NCBI GenBank assembly: GCA_041650915.1
Contig: JBAZKE010000003.1
Span: forward strand, 21,226-85,225
DNA from: Patescibacteria group bacterium
Lineage (GTDB): Bacteria > Patescibacteriota > Patescibacteriia > UBA10025 > JAHIVO01
DNA length: 64,000 bases
Direction of reading: 5' to 3'
The notes under the pieces were generated by a model, which was given only the letters and a program-made list of their open reading frames with translations, was not told the DNA's origin and did no database searches. Below, piece after piece: positions 57,676 through 64,000 of the stretch; position 1 is the stretch's first letter; every line of letters begins with the position of its first letter. Position numbers and translations under genes: made by a program.

Positions 57676-58878
57676 ATGGCGAAGAAACTATCATATTTGG
57701 GGGTAGACCTGAGCGGCTCAAGCATCAAGATCGTTGAGCTTGTTGACATTGGCGGCAGGTCGCAGCTCGTTACGTATGGTTTTGCAGAGGGTGTTCCGAG
57801 CATTATTAAAGACGAGAGCGTGGAAGCGCGGCATGAAGTCGCGAATCACGTTAAAGATGTATTAAAACAGTCGCGCATGTCGAGCCTCAGGGTCGTAACC
57901 GCACTGCCAAACTTCAGCGTATTCAGTTCGCTCATCAGCCTTCCTGCGATGAGCAAGAAGGAGCTCATTTCCGCTGTACGGTGGGAGGCGAAAAAGTTCG
58001 TGCCGATCCCGCTCGAAGAGATGATTCTGGACTGGGAGGTCCTGTCGGGGGATGCTGAGCAGCACGCCGCACCGGGCAGCGCGAAGGGGATGCTGGAAAA
58101 AAAGAATCACGCGGGGGATCTGCAGAAGAAAGATGGGGGCAAGGCATCGCGGGATGGTTTTCCCGGCGGTGGCGGAGGAGATCCGGAGAGCGGTTCTAGT
58201 GATGAGCAGGCGTCAGCCCGATTGAAGGAAGCGAAGGCCAGCATTAAAGTTCTCCTGACGGCAGCGCCAAAAAATTTGGTGAACCGGTACGTTGAGCTCT
58301 TCAAGGAAGCGGGCGTGCAGCTCATCGGCCTGGAGACGGAATCTTTCGCGCTCGAGCGCGCTCTCATCGGCAACGACCAGAATCCGGTTATGATTATCGA
58401 TATTGGCAATGAAGCCGCAAGCCTCACTATTTTTGCGCGCGGCGTGCCGATCCACAACCGCAGTATCGATATCGGCGGCACTACCATAACGAAGGCGGTT
58501 GCACAAGCAACCGGGCTTGCCGAGGAACACGCCGAGCAGTTCAAGCGCGATATGAACGGTTCGCTTGATGACGAGTCGGTAGAGAAGCTGCCCCAGCAGG
58601 TTAAGTACGTCGTGCACTCTGTCGTCAATGAAGCGCGCTACATTATAAACTACTACGAGCGCCAGAATAAGCAGAAGGTCTCGAAGATTATTTTAACTGG
58701 AGGCTCTTCATACTTCATGGACTTGCCTGACTATCTGCAAAAAATCTTCAATATCAAGACATACATCGGAGATCCGTGGGCGCGGGTAATCCACCCCGTT
58801 GAAATCGATTCGTTGCTCAGGCAGCTCGGTCCGCGGCTTGCCGTGTCAGTCGGCTTGGCGATGCGTGAAATTGTATAA
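57676..58878 (+). CDS. pilM: Type IV pilus assembly protein PilM
   Basis: LGVDLSGSSIKIVEL, EAKKFVPIPLEEMILDW, IDIG, GGTTIT, IILTGG, AVSVGLAMR (actin-like fold). Confidence 0.92.
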   Translation: MAKKLSYLGVDLSGSSIKIVELVDIGGRSQLVTYGFAEGVPSIIKDESVEARHEVANHVKDVLKQSRMSSLRVVTALPNFSVFSSLISLPAMSKKELISAVRWEAKKFVPIPLEEMILDWEVLSGDAEQHAAPGSAKGMLEKKNHAGDLQKKDGGKASRDGFPGGGGGDPESGSSDEQASARLKEAKASIKVLLTAAPKNLVNRYVELFKEAGVQLIGLETESFALERALIGNDQNPVMIIDIGNEAASLTIFARGVPIHNRSIDIGGTTITKAVAQATGLAEEHAEQFKRDMNGSLDDESVEKLPQQVKYVVHSVVNEARYIINYYERQNKQKVSKIILTGGSSYFMDLPDYLQKIFNIKTYIGDPWARVIHPVEIDSLLRQLGPRLAVSVGLAMREIV

Positions 58879-58932
58879 ATTGCATTATTAATATAGAGAT
58901 ATGCCCTTTCTCGCCGATGGGGCTGTGTTATG

Positions 58933-58961
58933 TTGACTTATTTTTTTAAATATGCTACAAT
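58933..58961 (+). promoter_or_regulatory. Sigma70-type promoter for pilN-pilB
   Basis: TTGACT-17 bp-TACAAT with TG extension. Confidence 0.7.
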
Positions 58962-59091
58962 ATACATATAACCGTTATAGGGAAAACCACTCTATACGCA
59001 GCTTCTGAGTATAAGCCTTATTTACAAAAAAGGGTTAAATTAGGCTCACCGCAAGTCTAGAAAAGGGTTACGAAAAACAAAAAAACAAACT

Positions 59092-61278
59092 ATGTCCATT
59101 AACCTCCTCCCCGGCGAGGAAAAGTTGAAAGTTAAAAAACAGCAGCAGCGGCCAGCTCCGCGGATAGAGCTAACAGGCCCGGTTAAGCCTGCAAAGAAGA
59201 CAAGGTCAGGCGTTGAGCACGCTGGCGTTTTGTCTTTTTTCAAACGTCCTTTCCTGCGCCCGAAAGTGGATGTAAGAAAGCAGGAAGCCGAGAAAGCCAT
59301 GGTAGCTCCGGCAAAAAAAATTCTGCTCGAGGAGAAAATCTTGTACCAGAAATCCAGGGTTACCTCAATGCCAAAACCAAGGGTTGAATTTCGGGCTGAG
59401 CCACAGAAGCAGCCGGAAAGTTCAAAACCGGCAGGAAAAAAGGTTTCATTCATGGCTCGCCTGTTCGGCCGGAGAGCGCCCGAAGCGGCACAACTTCCGG
59501 CAGCTTCCGCCGTGTGGCAGCAGAAGGAACAATTTCCCAAGTATAAGCCTGTCCGTACGGAGCGGGTCGCACAAGAGCCTGCTCCCAAGAAGAGAACTCC
59601 GCAGGTCGTGCATGTCGCCGCGAACGGCGGCGGGACGGCTGGTGCAGGAGAAGCAGTAAAAAGAGCGGAAGAGTCCGGACGTGAAATCCATGCTGCCGCT
59701 GGTTTTCCGAAACTCGATCAGCAGCTTAAGGCGACGGTCGAGGTCGTAACGCCCCAACAGCAGGCGAAGCAGGTGCCGGCACCAGCGCCTTCAGTGTGGA
59801 AGCGGTTCATGCACTGGCTGCGGGGAATGTTTGGCAGGAAGAAAAAATTAGACCTCCATCCCGCGCTCACCGGCAAGTCGCTGCCTGTCGTTACGCCCCC
59901 TCCGCCGCGGAGAGAAGTTTTTCATGCTGAGCGTGTCACGTACGCCCCGGCGCGGGAAATTACCCCCGAGCTTCAGCGGCCGCATGAGCGCCCCGCGCCA
60001 GACATGGAGCGGATTAAGATCGAGCCGCCGAGAGCTTTCGGCAGCGAGGTAACGCAGACTCTGGAAGTCGCCCCGCCCGCACCAGAACAAAAAAAATATT
60101 CAGCCCCGATTTCTGCTCCTCAGAAAATTTCAGCGCCCCAGAAGCCGGCCGCGGAGCCGGAGAGGGCTGCGCCACCCGTACCGGAAGTAGCGCCACTAAA
60201 GAAAGAACAGAAAAAAGGCAGCGGCTTTGGCGCGTGGTTAAGAAGGGTGCTCAGCGCCCTCGCGGGCATATTCAAGCGCAAGAAGATTGTACGCCCTGCG
60301 GCGGAAACGCATCCGGCTGAAGTGAAGGCTGACGTGAAAGAGGGCGTAAAACTAACGGCTGCGCAGGAAGCGCCCCACTATGATTTTCACGCACCGTCGT
60401 TCATCAACCCTCCGGAAGCGCAGTCCGAAGTGACAGCTGCACCAGCGGCTGAAGAAGCGGGCGATGCCATGGAACGCGTATCTGCAGCAGAAGCGATAGA
60501 TGTGCCAGCAGTACAACGAGCCGAAGTGCGCCCGGAGCGGGAGGAGATCAGCAAACAGCCTGATGCCATTGTGGAGCCGCCGCTTCCGCCACTCCCACCG
60601 CCACCTCCGTCGGAACGTGCTAGCGGAGTACGGCTTACGAAGCCCGAGGCGCCCGGAGTACAGCATACGGTCGAGTGGGAGATCAACCTGATTCCGGAAG
60701 AGTCGATGATGCATGAGCTGCCCGTAGTAAAGCTCCTGTACCTTGGCCTCTTTGTGATCGCCGCGTGCGGACTTATTTTTGGCGGCTGGCTCGGCGCAAA
60801 TTTTTACTATAATAATATCACCAAGAATGTCGGGCAAGTAAAAGATGAGATTCAGTCGCTCGCCACCTCGATCAACCAGTATGACGATTTGCAGGATAGG
60901 ATAGACGACTTGAATGCCGAGGTTCGTGAAGCAAAGACTCTTCTCGAGAAGCACGTTCACTGGTCAAGCATTTTTACGAAACTCGAAGCCCACACCGTAC
61001 CGGAGGTGTACTATACGACGATGGTTGCCGACGTGAATGGGGTGCTGCGCCTCGGTGCGGTCGGAAAAAACTATGAGGCGGCGGTCAAACAGCTGCTTGT
61101 GCTCGAGAAGGCGACGGATTTTGTAAAAACCGCTACCATATCAGGCATTCAGTTCATAGGCGAAGCTGCCGCCACCGATGGAACCGGGAATGTGCCCGTG
61201 GATGCAATGGACGATCGCGCAGTCAGCTTTACGATCGAGCTGACGGTCTTGCCGAGCATCTTTTATTTTTCACCGTAG
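59092..61278 (+). CDS. PilN-like protein with ~530-aa disordered N-terminal extension
   Basis: MSINLLP start, Pro/Lys/Ala-rich region, second INLIP, TM helix, coiled coil, H..WS.....LE..T.PEV..., PilN-type C-terminal domain. Confidence 0.75.
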   Translation: MSINLLPGEEKLKVKKQQQRPAPRIELTGPVKPAKKTRSGVEHAGVLSFFKRPFLRPKVDVRKQEAEKAMVAPAKKILLEEKILYQKSRVTSMPKPRVEFRAEPQKQPESSKPAGKKVSFMARLFGRRAPEAAQLPAASAVWQQKEQFPKYKPVRTERVAQEPAPKKRTPQVVHVAANGGGTAGAGEAVKRAEESGREIHAAAGFPKLDQQLKATVEVVTPQQQAKQVPAPAPSVWKRFMHWLRGMFGRKKKLDLHPALTGKSLPVVTPPPPRREVFHAERVTYAPAREITPELQRPHERPAPDMERIKIEPPRAFGSEVTQTLEVAPPAPEQKKYSAPISAPQKISAPQKPAAEPERAAPPVPEVAPLKKEQKKGSGFGAWLRRVLSALAGIFKRKKIVRPAAETHPAEVKADVKEGVKLTAAQEAPHYDFHAPSFINPPEAQSEVTAAPAAEEAGDAMERVSAAEAIDVPAVQRAEVRPEREEISKQPDAIVEPPLPPLPPPPPSERASGVRLTKPEAPGVQHTVEWEINLIPEESMMHELPVVKLLYLGLFVIAACGLIFGGWLGANFYYNNITKNVGQVKDEIQSLATSINQYDDLQDRIDDLNAEVREAKTLLEKHVHWSSIFTKLEAHTVPEVYYTTMVADVNGVLRLGAVGKNYEAAVKQLLVLEKATDFVKTATISGIQFIGEAAATDGTGNVPVDAMDDRAVSFTIELTVLPSIFYFSP

Positions 61279-61282
61279 TGCC

Positions 61283-61870
61283 ATGAAGTTTGCAATCGTA
61301 AAGAGGGATCTGATACGGATTTTCACGAAGTACTTCGTGCTGATTTCGGTAATCACGACGCTGCTTATCATCGGCGCTGGCTACCAGCTGTTTATCAAGG
61401 GCACGGTCGCCGACATCAGGTCCATCGGCGTGATCGATCTGAAAGAGCGCGAGCAGCAGAAGCTCAACCTGATAGATACGCTCGAGCGGCTCAAGCGGCT
61501 CGAGACCCGGTACAATGAGCTGACGTATGAGGAAATCAAGCAGCTTGAGTACCTCTTGCCTGATGAGCGTGAGATTCCCTATATCGTTATTGAGCTGAAA
61601 GATTTTATCGCTGCGAACGGGCTCGTGCTTAAGTCGATCGACGTCGGCGTGTTCAAGGCTGCTGTCGGTGAAGAGGAAGAGGAAACGAAGGCAGTGAGCT
61701 TGAAGAGCCTCAACGTAACGGTAACGATCGAAGGCCTCGACACGTACGCGCAAATCAAAGATTTTCTGGATAAGCTCGGCACGCTCATGCCGCCATTTGA
61801 ACTCAATTCATTTTCCTATGCACCGGACAGGACGAGCTACAGCCTGAACCTAACGACGTACTATAAGTAA
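61283..61870 (+). CDS. PilO-like protein
   Basis: TM, coiled coil, LP...EIP...L, Y..IK.FL..L; follows the pilN-like gene. Confidence 0.75.
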   Translation: MKFAIVKRDLIRIFTKYFVLISVITTLLIIGAGYQLFIKGTVADIRSIGVIDLKEREQQKLNLIDTLERLKRLETRYNELTYEEIKQLEYLLPDEREIPYIVIELKDFIAANGLVLKSIDVGVFKAAVGEEEEETKAVSLKSLNVTVTIEGLDTYAQIKDFLDKLGTLMPPFELNSFSYAPDRTSYSLNLTTYYK

Positions 61871-61884
61871 GCAGCACGGCGACT

Positions 61885-62811
61885 ATGGAACCCAAGAAAG
61901 AGAAAAAGATTAAACACCTGGCGACGTACCTGGCAATCGGGCTCGTAGCGGCTGGAGTTGGCGGGTATATCATCTACGATATTTTTTACAGTACACCCGA
62001 AACGGGGGTCGTTACCCGTGATGATGCTGCGGCGAGCGGCTTGGGCAAGCCTCTCACCTTCAAGATTGACGATGAGGTGTTCAGCGACGCACGGCTGTAT
62101 GAGCTCGCGAAGGAGCCGTTTGAAGGTTTCAACGAGCAGCACCAGGGCATCGCGCTTAATACGCGCGATCCTCTCGCACCGACGCTCGAATCAGTTACGA
62201 GTACCGGTGCAGGCCGCCAGCTCATCGTCAAGTGGCAGCTGCCGGCGCATATCAATTTTTCTTCCGTCCGTCTGTACCGTTCCGAAGCGAAGGGCAAGCT
62301 CGGCATGCTCGTGTACGAAGAAGCTATCAGCGGGATGGACAGCGGCAGAGTGATGAACTATATCGATAGCGATGTTGTCAACGAGGTGCAGTACTACTAC
62401 CTTATCCGTTCAGTGGCGGTCGATGAAGCGACGGGAACTGAGTATGAATCGGAGAATGGCGATCAGTTGTTTGGTATTCCTGCTGATACGATAGCCCCTG
62501 ATTCTCCGTTGAATGTCAGCGTTGGGAGTACTGGGGACGGGGAGATTACCGTTTCGTGGATCAATCCGTACAATACCGATTTCTGGTTTGTCCGCGTATA
62601 TCGGTCAACCGTGGAGGGCGCGCTCGGCAGCGTCGTGTACCCTCGGAATGAAAATGACATCGCGGAGCAAGCGGAATCGTACGTCGATAGCGTTGATCCA
62701 AACACCGCGTACTACTATACTGTAACCAGCGTCGATACCTCGCTCAATGAATCCAGCACCGACGTGCTCGCCGCTCCGTACCGGATTAATCCTTTCATAC
62801 CCCTGCCATAA
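61885..62811 (+). CDS. Single-pass protein with two FN3-like domains
   Basis: TM, then two V.W..P...F..VR.YRS...G.LG...Y.D..V.....YYY units. Confidence 0.75.
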   Translation: MEPKKEKKIKHLATYLAIGLVAAGVGGYIIYDIFYSTPETGVVTRDDAAASGLGKPLTFKIDDEVFSDARLYELAKEPFEGFNEQHQGIALNTRDPLAPTLESVTSTGAGRQLIVKWQLPAHINFSSVRLYRSEAKGKLGMLVYEEAISGMDSGRVMNYIDSDVVNEVQYYYLIRSVAVDEATGTEYESENGDQLFGIPADTIAPDSPLNVSVGSTGDGEITVSWINPYNTDFWFVRVYRSTVEGALGSVVYPRNENDIAEQAESYVDSVDPNTAYYYTVTSVDTSLNESSTDVLAAPYRINPFIPLP

Positions 62812-62821
62812 CGTTACGAAT

Positions 62822-64000
62822 ATGGATTTCAATGGACCACAGACAAGACAGTCGCTGCTCGATATTTTTATCGAGGGCGGCCTCCTGCCGATAGAACGGG
62901 TAGAGGAGCTGAAAAAGCAGGCGAAAGATGATGATGAAGTAGCAGAAATTGCGATCCAGCGCGGATTCATATCCGAGGAAGACGTCGCGAAAGCCCGGAG
63001 CAGGGTGCTCGGCGTGCCGTATATCGATTTGTTTGGCAAGTCGATACCGCATGCGGTTTTAAGTTTAATACCGCGGGAGCTGGCAGAAAACTACCACTTC
63101 GTTGCGTTCGATAAAGTTCAAAATGAAATCAGCCTCGCCATGGTAAACCCGGGCGATTTCAAGGCCATTGAGGCGGTAGAATTCATCGCACGGGAAAAGC
63201 AGCTGAAGATAAAGTTCTATATTATATCTACGAGCGGTTTCCGGTATGCGGCAAAACAGTACGCAACGCTCGGCGCGGAGGTGGAGGAAGCGCTGGCGGG
63301 TACGGACCAGCGGGATCGCGGATCACTCGATGAGCTGCTCGACAAAGACAAGGGCAAGGGGCAAACCGTCAAGAGCGCCCCGGTATCAAAGATGGTATCG
63401 GTCATCCTCAAGCACGCCGTCGAGGGCAATGCATCTGATATCCACATCGAGCCGGTCGAGAATGAGACCCGGGTTCGGTACCGCGTTGACGGCGTCCTCC
63501 ATACCTCACTCGTGCTGCCGCGGTATGTGCACTCGGCGATCGTCGCGAGGATTAAGGTGCTCTCCAACCTGAAGCTCGATGAAACGCGCGTTCCCCAGGA
63601 CGGCCGTTTCCGCACCGAGTGGGAGGGGAGAATCATTGACTACCGCGTTTCAACGCTCCCGCTATTCTCGAATGAGAAAGTCGTTATGCGTATCCTTGAC
63701 CGCGCTGCTGTCGTGCTCGATCTGGAAAAGCTGGGATTTGAGGGGAGGAGCCTCGAAGTTATGCAGCAATCAGTCAAGAAGTCGGTCGGCATGATCCTGC
63801 TGACTGGCCCGACCGGTTCTGGAAAATCAACCACGCTCTCTGCTCTGCTCACCATCCTCAACGACGATTCAATCAATATCATTACGCTTGAGGACCCGGT
63901 TGAGTACTACATCAACGGCGTAAACCAGTCCCAAATCAATCCCGATGTCGGGCTTACTTTTGCGGCCGGGCTCCGGTCGATTTTGCGCCAGGACCCCGAC
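62822..64000 (+). CDS. pilB: Type IV pilus assembly ATPase PilB/GspE (3'-truncated by the window edge)
   Basis: Not in the ORF track (no stop in window). In frame from ATG 62822: ASDIHIEP, RYRVDG, PQDGRF, TGPTGSGKSTT, TLEDPVEY, LRSILRQDPD. Confidence 0.92.
   Translation, partial: MDFNGPQTRQSLLDIFIEGGLLPIERVEELKKQAKDDDEVAEIAIQRGFISEEDVAKARSRVLGVPYIDLFGKSIPHAVLSLIPRELAENYHFVAFDKVQNEISLAMVNPGDFKAIEAVEFIAREKQLKIKFYIISTSGFRYAAKQYATLGAEVEEALAGTDQRDRGSLDELLDKDKGKGQTVKSAPVSKMVSVILKHAVEGNASDIHIEPVENETRVRYRVDGVLHTSLVLPRYVHSAIVARIKVLSNLKLDETRVPQDGRFRTEWEGRIIDYRVSTLPLFSNEKVVMRILDRAAVVLDLEKLGFEGRSLEVMQQSVKKSVGMILLTGPTGSGKSTTLSALLTILNDDSINIITLEDPVEYYINGVNQSQINPDVGLTFAAGLRSILRQDPD

Noticed and set aside
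1-64000. Alternative genetic code (UGA recoding, code 25)
   Set aside because: Very long ORFs are intact under code 11, and recG ends at TGA at its expected C-terminus.

Overview
Chromosomal segment that looks like a Patescibacteria (CPR, Parcubacteria-like) bacterium; this is inferred from gene content and CPR-type protein motifs, and the genetic code is standard code 11. Left to right: (1) the 3' part of a giant Cys-rich surface protein with a dockerin-like duplex, then a relaxase-free, monoderm-type T4SS-like cluster (long VirB6-like, PrgI, split VirB4, VirB8-like, VirB2-like pilin fused to a Cys-rich domain, beta-propeller protein); (2) radA, a small-ORF transcript and recG; (3) three minus-strand tRNAs (Arg-GCG, Ser-TGA, Ser-GCT), each trailed by a related structured non-coding element carrying an interrupted antisense copy of its own host tRNA 3' end, with direct 3'-end copies that are exact at both Ser loci and degenerate at Arg, amplified as a 135-bp tandem array at Ser-TGA; (4) comF, clpC, a membrane protein-pseudopilin fusion, htpX and lemA; (5) three paralogous secreted fibre/beta-propeller proteins and a 4951-aa modular surface protein, followed by pilM, pilN-like, pilO-like, an FN3 protein and a partial pilB. 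The most novel-looking signal is the host-matched tRNA-trailer element family at 23876-25716. No database searches were run; all family assignments come from motif recognition.
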